From a virus (Duplodnaviria > Heunggongvirae > Uroviricota > Caudoviricetes), in the IMG/VR virus record IMGVR_UViG_3300029288_000054, positions 32,001 to 96,000 of that record: a stretch of 64,000 nt of DNA; one strand, 5' to 3'. Numbering within the stretch: position 1 is the stretch's first letter; every line of letters starts with the position of its first letter. Made by a program: the position numbers and the translations under genes. The notes beneath the pieces were generated by a model that worked only from the letters and a program-made list of their open reading frames with translations, was not told the DNA's origin and searched no databases. Below, piece after piece: positions 55,502 through 64,000 of the stretch.

Positions 55502-58500
55502 CTAGGGGTTAATAATATTCAACTCGCCTGTTGACGAGTTGAATATCAACCACAACTGATCCAAGAAGGTTCCGTCTAGGATGGTTTTTGTGTGTGTCTC
55601 GCTCAACTCACCATTCTGGTAGATTCGGAACGTAAAATCGGCATTACTACCGGTAGTACCAAGCCAAGTGCCATAACCATGTATTCCCTTCGTGCTGCCG
55701 GTCAGTTCCGATATGAGTCCAGAGTTTATTGTTCCTGTCTCAGAAAAATTACCTGGTTGGTTGTTTGTGTTGAGGGGATCAAATCGAACCCATTGGTCGA
55801 ACTCGTCATAAACTGCAATGACTCCAGCGACAACAGGCTGTCCGGTATTATATGGGCTGTTGAAATCTGCTCTGACACCAGCACCAATACCAGGGTCGAG
55901 ATCTCCCCACTGTCCCTCTAGTTCGCATGTCCAAATTGGAGGCTCTGGTGATGGCGACGGTGACGGATAAATGGTAACTGTACCATCTGTCGTATTGATC
56001 ATCGCCCATGTGGTATCATTCGTGGAGTCGCGGGTCGTAGTATAGGTGCCGATGGAGATGCCATTTTTCTTGATATTCAGGTCAAGCTGTACCGACAATC
56101 TACCATAACCGCTCTCATCAACATAGACCGAGGGGCTGATGTAAAAGATGTTGGCGTTTGTATTAGCACTTAGGTTAGCCGTAATATTCCATGTCGTTGT
56201 GCCTTCATTCCAGATAATTGTTCCAGCCTCTGGTACTGACACGAATTGAATCCACGGCGGTTCCTCAAGCATTTGCATGTAATAAAACTGTCTCCCGCCC
56301 TGTTCATCTAATGAGAATGCTTCTATCCACTGCGCGTCTCCTTGATATGACCAAAATAGCGATGGATCATAAATGAAAGGATCAACGCTCCATTGCAACC
56401 CGAAATTAAGTGCCATATATCGGCTTGTTTCTGGATCAGGCTGCGTTCCAGATGGTGTTGCTGCAACCGTTAGCTCTGCAGTGTACTCATCAGTCACAGG
56501 AGATGGTTCTATGGAAGATGAAGGTTCAGGTGATGGCTCTGGAGAGGTGGAAGCTGAAGCTGAAGGTTCAGGCGATTCAGAAGGCGAAGGCGATAGGCTT
56601 AATGATGCAGACGGTGATAACGAGGTCGATGGCGACGGGCTAAGAGACAGCGACGGAGATAAACTCGGCGACGGAGATGGTGACGGCGATGTCGTCATGA
56701 GCGTGACTTCTGTCGTTTCACGAGCACCCATAACTTCACTATCAGCAGTCAGAATTATAGTTCGACCATAATCTGTTCCTGGGCCGACGTCGATATCTAG
56801 TGCGACTACCGATCCCCAAGCACCATTTATGAACATGTAAGGTGATTCAACAGAATCAATATAAGACTCCTGGCCAGCAAAGCGTAGCTGGCATAGGTAT
56901 CCATCGATCGTCGCTGACCATGTAATTCGTGCAGTGCTAGGCGGTGCAGGTGTCTGATAAGCAGAGGTGCTATGCAGAAAAGCCGATGCAACTAGAGTGC
57001 TGCCTGGATTTAATAGCTCTGGTGCTTCGACTGCTAGAGTGTAAATCGGGACCGGAGGCACCAGATAGTCTGGTGTATATCCGGGGCTGTCAATCGCCAC
57101 AGCAGTACCATACTGACATGACAATGAGCCGAGACAAAGCTCGAACATGTTTATTTGTCGTTGGAAGGTCTGACCATCGGGGTACTCATCCCAAACGAGC
57201 TGGCCGTCAAAAGCGAGATCAGAGACACCGATCTTCTCTTCGGCATACAGCATCGTATCTATTGTTATTTTATCAGGATTGAAGTCATAGCCGTATCTCG
57301 TTTCGCCATCTGAGAAGGTAAATGGCAAAGCATCGTCTTGATAGTCGTGTATCGGGCAGAGTAGAACATCGGTCCCGGCTGTTGGTGATGTACCGCCGTC
57401 GCATAGCAGAGCTGCACATCCACAATCTGTTCTATATCCATTTGTATAAAGTATGCCGCTGATAAAGAAGAATAACACATCTGTGCCTGTTGGCATAGAT
57501 CTATCGATTTCTAGTTCATTGAATAATTCTGTAAACGTACCATTTCTATCGAAATCATCCGGCACGTAAGGCTGGTAGCCGTGTGCAGCAGGATAACCAT
57601 CAATATAATCAATGTAATACGGTGACGTTCCTTGACATCTCGCTGCTGTTGAGAACAGCGGCGTTGTCATGGCGTTTATCACATTATCAGCCGTGCAAGA
57701 GCTGATGTTAACCACTACATCATCTGTGTCGCACTCGCTGAACACTAAATCAGCCGAGTCAAGAACCGTCTTATACACTTTGACGGTAACGTAACTCTCA
57801 GTAGCCTCTATAATCTTAGCAGATAAAGAATAAATGCTGTCAGGTAGGTTTTTAAGCTCGATACCGATTGTGATTGTTGGCAACCGGCTAAAAGTGTAGC
57901 CATATGACCATCTGACGCCACCGACAACGTAATCTTTCGCTATGGAGATTATTGATCTCGATGGCGGCAACATCGTCTCTAGCGTGATGGCTGGGTTGCC
58001 AGTCGATTGAGTAGAATAAATCGAATGTATAACATCGCTGTCGTCGAATCTCTTATTTGTGCCGAGGATATGTGAACCGAAGCTTGGAATATCTGGTTGC
58101 AATCCATTCGCGACAATAACAAACGGAGCGTAGTCGAATACCAGATATTGGTCGCCAGATGTTGCCGTCTCAAGCTTCGCGTGTAGATAAGTCGGCTGTC
58201 TACATGCTTGGTCATATGGTCCGCAATTTGTGCTGTATTGATCGTCCCAAGGCTTCGCTACCCATTTTGGATGTGTGAAGTCGGATTCGAGCTTGTTGAT
58301 TGTTGCGAATCTAGTGCCAGGAAAATGCATCAGCGGTACTTGGATACCAAGACTACGCCTCTGCAATGCGAGCATGTTCTTTTCACCACAAGCTCCATCC
58401 GTTAAATAGGGCCGGTTAGTAAAATGGACATTCTCGCCATCGACGGTATCGTATCCTCGCAACAGTCGTCCTAAGAAGTTATTGTTGGTCGAAGGCAGAT

Positions 58501-61500
58501 TCTCGTTGTATGATTGTTTTAATGCCGGACCCTGCACTGAATTCGTCAGTTCAGATGTGGCCTGGAATGAATAATAGACGCCATCCCCAAAGTTTATCTT
58601 ACAGATAGTAGCCTGGTATTGCTCCGTGCTAACCATCGTCATTCTGCGAAGTATTTCGTCTTCAACGCGACCTTTATAGCAGTAGTCAGATATACCATCA
58701 AGCTTACAGAATCGATTGGGAAATACCGAGAATTCTTTCGTGAATGGCCCATATTCAGAAGCATCGTTATTCGTCGAAGCATCAGCACCGGTCGGATAGA
58801 AGCTGCCATGAATGATATTGTCGATAGGAGACAAATCAGTTGTTGATTGACTTGCTATGCTTGGCGTATTCGATATCGGGGTTGGATCATATACAATGCT
58901 TTCGTTTTCGGTATTCTGACCCGGTACAAGTCTATCTTGACCGCGATAGGTGAATTTGCAGCAAGGATTATCAATGTCATCTACACACGGCTTAGATGGA
59001 TCACCCCATGCACAACTATCTGCCGGTGGTGTAGGCGGTAGCTTCTCATCACCAATCTGTGTGACGATTCTCTCAATGCAAGTCGGGTTGGGAGAATCGA
59101 TAGTTGCTGGCTTTTCCAGATAGCGATTAACGTCAACCCATGCTTGAAATTCTTCCGGAAGATTCGCCAGTATTCTCTTACGTAGCGCAATATCTTCTGG
59201 CTTATATCCGAGATCACTTGGATCAACTGAGCATTCGCCAGTTGGAATTTCTGGTAAAATGGCCGGTGGCACCTGTAACTTACCGGCATCGATATCCCAG
59301 CGTTGCTCTAGATCACCACCGACACAGAACGGAGTGACTTGATATGTCTCATCTAGATTGGAATGATAGATAAGAGTGTTCAATAATGAATGGAATGCTT
59401 TGATCTTGAACAGATAATCGATCAAGAACTCAAGTATATCACCACCAATCTGCTCGCCATTTTGTGTCAGCAATTGTATGTCAAAACGGTTGCTATATAA
59501 GTCTTTAATACTATCAGGAACAATCAACTCTTCGCGGCTATACGTAGCGAAGGCATATAATAGAAGCTCACTATCCGCAGCGTGTGGCCCTTTCTGACCG
59601 TACTTGTCGTCAAATTGAATCGAACCGTTAAATGTGAGATGTAGCAGGTTGGCATTTCTATCAATTCTGACACCGTTCGACACAAACGGTGGCTGGTCGC
59701 CGGTAGATCGATCGTCACCATTACCAACCGTAGCCGATCGATCAATCACAACCCTGGACCAGCTTACAACACCAGCAGTCTCGTCATTCAGCAGCGTCGT
59801 CGTTCTGCATACCTTCGGGATGCGCGTATATAACAAGCTTTGAGCGATGTTTTGGAACGGTACTGAAACCGTAATGAGAGAATCGCTAAGGACTGCCGTA
59901 ACTGTCCTTTCAGTTTCACCATTGACGATAACCGTGTCGCCAATCTCGAAGTCAGTTAAGAATAAGGTGCTGCTGTTGCCATACAGATTCGTGTTTTCGT
60001 TGGTAGAGACGGTACCTCGACCCGGTATTTTCCAGCTACCGGGATCATTATTACAATTCGCTGCGGCTGTCCCGATGCTGCACGAAATCTCTTCTAGGCG
60101 TTTGTATGCCCTACTGACATAAGCATAGGTCGTCCATTGGCTATCTGATCCAGTATTGCTTGTGTCGTTTTGGAACGGTATCGTAACAGTCAAATGATGG
60201 TTATCTAAAATAGTGGCTACGATTCTGGTAGTTTCGTTCGCCACCGATACCGTATCGCCTACTACGAAATCATTCGTGAATTGTGTGTCTGAATCGCCGA
60301 AAAGATCGATAGTCTGGTTTGTAGAGACTTGACCAGAGCCTATGATGTTCTTCTGCACCAGGTACGCATCTAATGTGATATCGCCTTCTTGAACCGTGTT
60401 GACGATACCTTGAACTTCATCAGTGAATGTTGGTCGATATAAGAGCGGAATGGTTAATTCACCGAAACCGCTTGTGTTATAGCCGACAAGCACAGGCTCA
60501 ATCTGGCAACTCTCTTCTATCTTAATCTCTTGGTTGGCGTAGGCTGATGGCAGCTTTTCCCCAGGACGTATTAGTCTCTTGCCGTCCTTAGACCAGTATA
60601 GCTTGTTGACATAGACGATATAACCGAACAACTCAAAGAGATCGTAGATGGCGTTCCGTGAGCCCTTTAACTGTTGCAATCTTACAACATTGCGTAGCAT
60701 CGTCTTACGCAGACGATAAAGGCTCTGTGGGAAGTATGGTAGATCAAGGCCAAGCAGGAAGCTAAGATATGGAACGAATTGCGGTGTTATCCAATCGACC
60801 CAGTTGACGCTACCAAGCAAATACTGTTCGTCGAAAATGTCTTGTAGAATGTCGGTGAAAGGGCGATAGAATTCGATTGTCGTATCTATGCTCTTCTGGT
60901 CGCTGGTCATGTAAGGAGCAGGAGTCAGATTAACCGTCTCCTGCATGACCTGACCGGGGTGATTCATTCTGAACCGCTTGACCGACGTGGCTTTTCTGGT
61001 CGGATCAATGCAATTTAGCTGCCCTGGTGTTGATCTGCTCTCGACTCTAGCATAGTACTGTGCTTGATAAGTGATATTATACCAATCTGGTGGCAGTTGT
61101 TCGGTATCGATCTTGATATCGCTGAGATCGTAGTAGTTAGCAGTCGGGTAATATCTGATCAGACCACAGCATCCTGACGCGGTAGTGTATTGCATCAAGT
61201 CGCCACCGACAGCCTCTGAATAATCAATCGGCTGTAGTGTCTCTAGAATAGCGGTTTCTATAGTACAATCGGCGTACAGATAAGGATTGGAGTCATTCTG
61301 ATATTGGTTGCCAGTAGCTACAATCCTGAAGAATTGTTGTGAATCTGGATGGATCATTCTGTCGATGAGTTCATTCATCGACACATTCTTCGCGAATAGC
61401 TCGTGATCGGGCGACATCAGCCCTATCGGTATCTGCCCAGCAACCAATGCCTTATGTGGTACGTCTTCTATGACGATTCTTACCGCAGCACCACTGCAGA

Positions 61501-61759
61501 ATTCGTTGCATGTGGTCGTTTTGACACCCATACAATCGCATTCTACTCCGCCACCACAATCGCAGTTCTGGACGATAATGCTAGAATTATCTATAGGCAA
61601 TCCCGCGATATCTCTGCGATCAGTCTCCATCAAAATCATCGGGAGTCCGAAGGGTCGATACGCGGTGCGATTATTGTTGACTGGCAGCAGAACCCATGTG
61701 GGAATGTGCGGGTTTGTTTGCATAGTACTCATTCTTCCTTCATCGTATCTACCAACCAC
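55502..61759 (-). CDS. Very large baseplate wedge-like protein (P2 gpI / T4 gp7-type motif) with a Ser/Pro stalk and C-terminal appendage domains
   Basis: VPYLSFLLG..LRKTMLRNVVRLQQLKGSRNAIYDLFELFG. Two GxGxVSTN..F..GD repeats. SPS tract at 56500-56700. True start may be 61732. Confidence 0.7.
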   Translation of the reverse strand: MVGRYDEGRMSTMQTNPHIPTWVLLPVNNNRTAYRPFGLPMILMETDRRDIAGLPIDNSSIIVQNCDCGGGVECDCMGVKTTTCNEFCSGAAVRIVIEDVPHKALVAGQIPIGLMSPDHELFAKNVSMNELIDRMIHPDSQQFFRIVATGNQYQNDSNPYLYADCTIETAILETLQPIDYSEAVGGDLMQYTTASGCCGLIRYYPTANYYDLSDIKIDTEQLPPDWYNITYQAQYYARVESRSTPGQLNCIDPTRKATSVKRFRMNHPGQVMQETVNLTPAPYMTSDQKSIDTTIEFYRPFTDILQDIFDEQYLLGSVNWVDWITPQFVPYLSFLLGLDLPYFPQSLYRLRKTMLRNVVRLQQLKGSRNAIYDLFELFGYIVYVNKLYWSKDGKRLIRPGEKLPSAYANQEIKIEESCQIEPVLVGYNTSGFGELTIPLLYRPTFTDEVQGIVNTVQEGDITLDAYLVQKNIIGSGQVSTNQTIDLFGDSDTQFTNDFVVGDTVSVANETTRIVATILDNHHLTVTIPFQNDTSNTGSDSQWTTYAYVSRAYKRLEEISCSIGTAAANCNNDPGSWKIPGRGTVSTNENTNLYGNSSTLFLTDFEIGDTVIVNGETERTVTAVLSDSLITVSVPFQNIAQSLLYTRIPKVCRTTTLLNDETAGVVSWSRVVIDRSATVGNGDDRSTGDQPPFVSNGVRIDRNANLLHLTFNGSIQFDDKYGQKGPHAADSELLLYAFATYSREELIVPDSIKDLYSNRFDIQLLTQNGEQIGGDILEFLIDYLFKIKAFHSLLNTLIYHSNLDETYQVTPFCVGGDLEQRWDIDAGKLQVPPAILPEIPTGECSVDPSDLGYKPEDIALRKRILANLPEEFQAWVDVNRYLEKPATIDSPNPTCIERIVTQIGDEKLPPTPPADSCAWGDPSKPCVDDIDNPCCKFTYRGQDRLVPGQNTENESIVYDPTPISNTPSIASQSTTDLSPIDNIIHGSFYPTGADASTNNDASEYGPFTKEFSVFPNRFCKLDGISDYCYKGRVEDEILRRMTMVSTEQYQATICKINFGDGVYYSFQATSELTNSVQGPALKQSYNENLPSTNNNFLGRLLRGYDTVDGENVHFTNRPYLTDGACGEKNMLALQRRSLGIQVPLMHFPGTRFATINKLESDFTHPKWVAKPWDDQYSTNCGPYDQACRQPTYLHAKLETATSGDQYLVFDYAPFVIVANGLQPDIPSFGSHILGTNKRFDDSDVIHSIYSTQSTGNPAITLETMLPPSRSIISIAKDYVVGGVRWSYGYTFSRLPTITIGIELKNLPDSIYSLSAKIIEATESYVTVKVYKTVLDSADLVFSECDTDDVVVNISSCTADNVINAMTTPLFSTAARCQGTSPYYIDYIDGYPAAHGYQPYVPDDFDRNGTFTELFNELEIDRSMPTGTDVLFFFISGILYTNGYRTDCGCAALLCDGGTSPTAGTDVLLCPIHDYQDDALPFTFSDGETRYGYDFNPDKITIDTMLYAEEKIGVSDLAFDGQLVWDEYPDGQTFQRQINMFELCLGSLSCQYGTAVAIDSPGYTPDYLVPPVPIYTLAVEAPELLNPGSTLVASAFLHSTSAYQTPAPPSTARITWSATIDGYLCQLRFAGQESYIDSVESPYMFINGAWGSVVALDIDVGPGTDYGRTIILTADSEVMGARETTEVTLMTTSPSPSPSPSLSPSLSLSPSPSTSLSPSASLSLSPSPSESPEPSASASTSPEPSPEPSSSIEPSPVTDEYTAELTVAATPSGTQPDPETSRYMALNFGLQWSVDPFIYDPSLFWSYQGDAQWIEAFSLDEQGGRQFYYMQMLEEPPWIQFVSVPEAGTIIWNEGTTTWNITANLSANTNANIFYISPSVYVDESGYGRLSVQLDLNIKKNGISIGTYTTTRDSTNDTTWAMINTTDGTVTIYPSPSPSPEPPIWTCELEGQWGDLDPGIGAGVRADFNSPYNTGQPVVAGVIAVYDEFDQWVRFDPLNTNNQPGNFSETGTINSGLISELTGSTKGIHGYGTWLGTTGSNADFTFRIYQNGELSETHTKTILDGTFLDQLWLIFNSSTGELNIINP

Positions 61760-61806
61760 TTATCTTTCATAGGCAAACATATAACGAACAAACGCATAGA
61801 GATCTC

Positions 61807-62055
61807 ATGTATACTACCAGAATTGCCTCAACAATTTCAGAACAGATAGGCGAACAGCCACAAGAATTGTTCGACAGATATTTAGAATCTGTCGAAGCCA
61901 TAACGTTCGAGGAATTCCAAGGCTATTGCTCTATGAAAGGAATTACGATCACGGAAGATATGTTCGTTGATCTTTTAGCGAACAACCGCGAATACCTTTT
62001 CACAGAGAGCGAAGAAGGTTGGCTACCGACCAAACTGGACGAGCTAGGATTATAA
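61807..62055 (+). CDS. Small acidic protein paralogous to an internal domain of 4058-6544
   Basis: QELFDRY..FEEFQGYC..KG..REYLFTE..WLP aligns with QDLFDSF..LEDFQQLC..HG..RKFMFYE..WQP. Confidence 0.7.
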   Translation: MYTTRIASTISEQIGEQPQELFDRYLESVEAITFEEFQGYCSMKGITITEDMFVDLLANNREYLFTESEEGWLPTKLDELGL

Positions 62056-62268
62056 GTCTGAGGAGCAAGCTGGCTCGGGAATGCACTTGCTATAGAGCAT
62101 CTTTTGAAGGTCGCCATCTGGAGTTATGTCTATCCAGAACTGATATATTACAATCGGGCGATTATCAACGATGAACTTCATCTGCTCTTCGCGTGTCTTG
62201 CACGAATAGACTTCCGCTTTGCTTGTTGTGTAGGTCACAGTGATATCCTCGCCATTTACTCTTATCAT
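62050..62268 (-). CDS. Hypothetical protein
   Basis: Part of a run of small co-oriented ORFs. Confidence 0.5.
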   Translation of the reverse strand: MIRVNGEDITVTYTTSKAEVYSCKTREEQMKFIVDNRPIVIYQFWIDITPDGDLQKMLYSKCIPEPACSSDL

Positions 62269-62287
62269 GACTTATAGAATACTTAAA

Positions 62288-62590
62288 TCATTCATCCAGT
62301 ATAGCGCTTCTGCGGCGCTGTGATTGAATGTTAGTATCTACCAAGTCAGTGACTCGTGTCTCCCATGCGTGAACTATTGAATCTATAGCAGCTTTATGCT
62401 TCACATCGGCGACATTAGCGATGCACTTGAATATCCACATCGGCCATTCGCCTTTACGATATATATGGTAATACTTGGCAACTACATTGCCATCGTAATC
62501 TGTAATATATAATTCACTCGATGTCGGGATATACCAGACTTTCGCCCATACATTGTATTTGTCGAATTTGATCGTCTGTGGGTCGAGCAT
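62288..62590 (-). CDS. Hypothetical protein
   Basis: Tightly packed small ORF. Confidence 0.6.
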   Translation of the reverse strand: MLDPQTIKFDKYNVWAKVWYIPTSSELYITDYDGNVVAKYYHIYRKGEWPMWIFKCIANVADVKHKAAIDSIVHAWETRVTDLVDTNIQSQRRRSAILDE

Positions 62591-62592
62591 AA

Positions 62593-62871
62593 TTAATCCA
62601 AATTGATAACACGTTCGACATCCACCGGCGTAGGTGTTAATTCTGGCTTCGAATCAGGATCGATTATGTGCCGATATTTTGTACGCAGCTTCTTAATCGT
62701 CTCTGGATCTGGACGCCATCTCGGCTCTTGTTGCGGTGGCGGTTGTGCCTTAAGCCATTCGGAATAGCCCTCTAGAATTTGGGCATTCCTGTGTTGCTGA
62801 CTTCTAGCCTGCTTTAAGACGAGCAAGACGGCTAGTGGAACAATACCAGCGACAACCCACAGAAAAATCAT
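62593..62871 (-). CDS. Small protein with an N-terminal TM helix
   Basis: MIFLWVVAGIVPLAVLLVL. Confidence 0.6.
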   Translation of the reverse strand: MIFLWVVAGIVPLAVLLVLKQARSQQHRNAQILEGYSEWLKAQPPPQQEPRWRPDPETIKKLRTKYRHIIDPDSKPELTPTPVDVERVINLD

Positions 62872-62890
62872 ATCTCAATCCTTTGAGTGA

Positions 62891-63220
62891 CTATCGCATC
62901 TTTGCCAAGTCAGAGCGGTCCAATTTCAAACCGAACGTTATTAGGGCTTCTCTGGCGTCGAACCATTCCTTGATCTTAGTTTGACATTCTGGGTGAGTGC
63001 CGCTGATCTTGCTAGATATCCAACAATGGCTGCACCCAGGATCGGCTCTTGCGGCCATGAATCTGGTGAATTCATCTGGCATTGCATCACTTTCGACCAA
63101 GCTGAATAAGGTACGATCCATCTTGCCTACTTCAACCATCATTTCACCAGATACTTTACCCTTGGCGTATTCGTGTATCAACGCCCAGTCGTAGATTGTC
63201 CGCTGCTGTTCTGGTGTCAT
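62891..63220 (-). CDS. Hypothetical protein
   Basis: ATGA overlap with the upstream gene; CSHC motif. Confidence 0.6.
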   Translation of the reverse strand: MTPEQQRTIYDWALIHEYAKGKVSGEMMVEVGKMDRTLFSLVESDAMPDEFTRFMAARADPGCSHCWISSKISGTHPECQTKIKEWFDAREALITFGLKLDRSDLAKMR

Positions 63221-63477
63221 TTCTTATTCTTGCATGGGCAATCTGGATCGTGCATTAGCTGTGTCCCGGATAATTCTGGGCCTGAACGTCCGAGGGTCCA
63301 CTCCATAATCATATATCGATGGCCCTCGAAGTCAAATGACGATTGTTTCACAAGCGTCGTATTGACTTCGACTCGGGCTGCTTGTTTGTGTGGGTTGAGA
63401 ATGAAATAGCCGAATATCGCTATACCAGTCATAATCATAGTGCCAGCGATAATCGTAACGATTTGGGATGTTTTCAT
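63217..63477 (-). CDS. Small membrane-anchored protein ending in HDPDCPC
   Basis: N-terminal TM helix. FEGHRY..HDPDCPC is a recurring phage motif. Confidence 0.65.
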   Translation of the reverse strand: MKTSQIVTIIAGTMIMTGIAIFGYFILNPHKQAARVEVNTTLVKQSSFDFEGHRYMIMEWTLGRSGPELSGTQLMHDPDCPCKNKK

Positions 63478-63698
63478 TTCTTATCAACAGCTTTCGCCAG
63501 TGCAGAGATACCATGCGAGATCTGGTTAGCCGCCTTCGCCAATTCGCTGATTTCGTGGCCAACAGAAAGAGTAGCGCAGACTTGAGCTAAAGCGATTCGT
63601 TCGGAAAGTGTAAGCGGCTCTTTCTTAGACTTCGCTCTATCCTTGACGATCTCACTAACTAGATTGCAGGCTTCTAGGCTGGCTTGACTCGGGAACAT
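63474..63698 (-). CDS. Hypothetical helical protein
   Basis: AGGTG ribosome-binding site; ATGA overlap. Confidence 0.55.
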   Translation of the reverse strand: MFPSQASLEACNLVSEIVKDRAKSKKEPLTLSERIALAQVCATLSVGHEISELAKAANQISHGISALAKAVDKK

Positions 63699-63706
63699 AT
63701 GTACAC

Positions 63707-63964
63707 CTATGGTAAATTGTAATGTTTCTTAACTCGCTCAACCAACTCCTTGTCAACTGTTTGTGGCTTGTCGAGTTTTTGTAATTCGTTGTCGTAATAA
63801 TAAACAGCTACAATCAACGACGACCGCACAATTGTCCAAGACGCGATGAAGATCAAAAGGGCACAAATCAGTCGCCATCGCCATTTATTCATGGTTTGCC
63901 CAGCCTGATAGTTTGGCCTATGTGCTGGCCTGTCAATACATATCGCCAAGTTGTTTTGCACCAA
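63707..63964 (-). CDS. Small membrane protein (start probably MNKWRW)
   Basis: Hydrophobic helix LICALLIFIASWTIV. Confidence 0.5.
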   Translation of the reverse strand: MVQNNLAICIDRPAHRPNYQAGQTMNKWRWRLICALLIFIASWTIVRSSLIVAVYYYDNELQKLDKPQTVDKELVERVKKHYNLP

Positions 63965-64000
63965 TGGCCCTCTTTAACCCACCATTGGTGTGGTAGTGCG

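Noticed and set aside
1-64000. Stop-codon reassignment as in some jumbo phages
   Set aside because: Genes are long and tightly packed in code 11. TAG, TAA and TGA all terminate genes, and paralogues end at equivalent positions with either TAG or TAA.
1-64000. tRNA, rRNA or IS elements
   Set aside because: No cloverleaf/T-loop signature, rRNA or transposase motif was seen. Intergenic gaps are mostly too short, though a tRNAscan/Infernal run was not possible.

Overview
This window looks like part of a large (jumbo-type) tailed phage genome. It is gene-dense, switches strand often, uses the standard genetic code, and has no rRNA, tRNA, CRISPR or IS elements that I could see. All family assignments come from motifs recognised by eye, not database searches. 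(1) Large virion/baseplate-type proteins lie at 1-3267, 8157-10574, 40317-42044, 46391-47485, 50389-53940 and 55502-61759. (2) An ~19 kb minus-strand block (21423-40256) of expanded putative adhesin genes holds nine tandem 'MAL(L/I)WI(D/E)GFE' LamG-like paralogues, six beta-propeller repeat paralogues, and a DUF2341-LamG cassette inserted into a small tail protein. (3) Nucleotide enzymes: dUTPase, thymidylate kinase, a NUDIX hydrolase and an adenosine-deaminase-family protein. (4) Other recognisable genes: an HNH endonuclease, a RimI-like GNAT, and a GT31 + GT10 glycosyltransferase pair near virion proteins with mucin-like Ser/Pro stalks. (5) An 830-aa protein carries sigma70 regions 2, 3.2 and 4 with large insertions, including a DnaJ-type zinc finger. 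A motif CAAANWTA sits, correctly oriented, just upstream of 14 genes or operons and is a candidate late promoter. Several non-structural proteins behind it (the giant sigma, NUDIX, an XRE-HTH protein, DUF3008) carry T4 gp21-type (I/L)xE processing motifs or similar Glu sites, which suggests a head-packaged cargo that includes a sigma factor. Two adjacent mini-genes carry isolated portal-like and major-capsid-like motifs.
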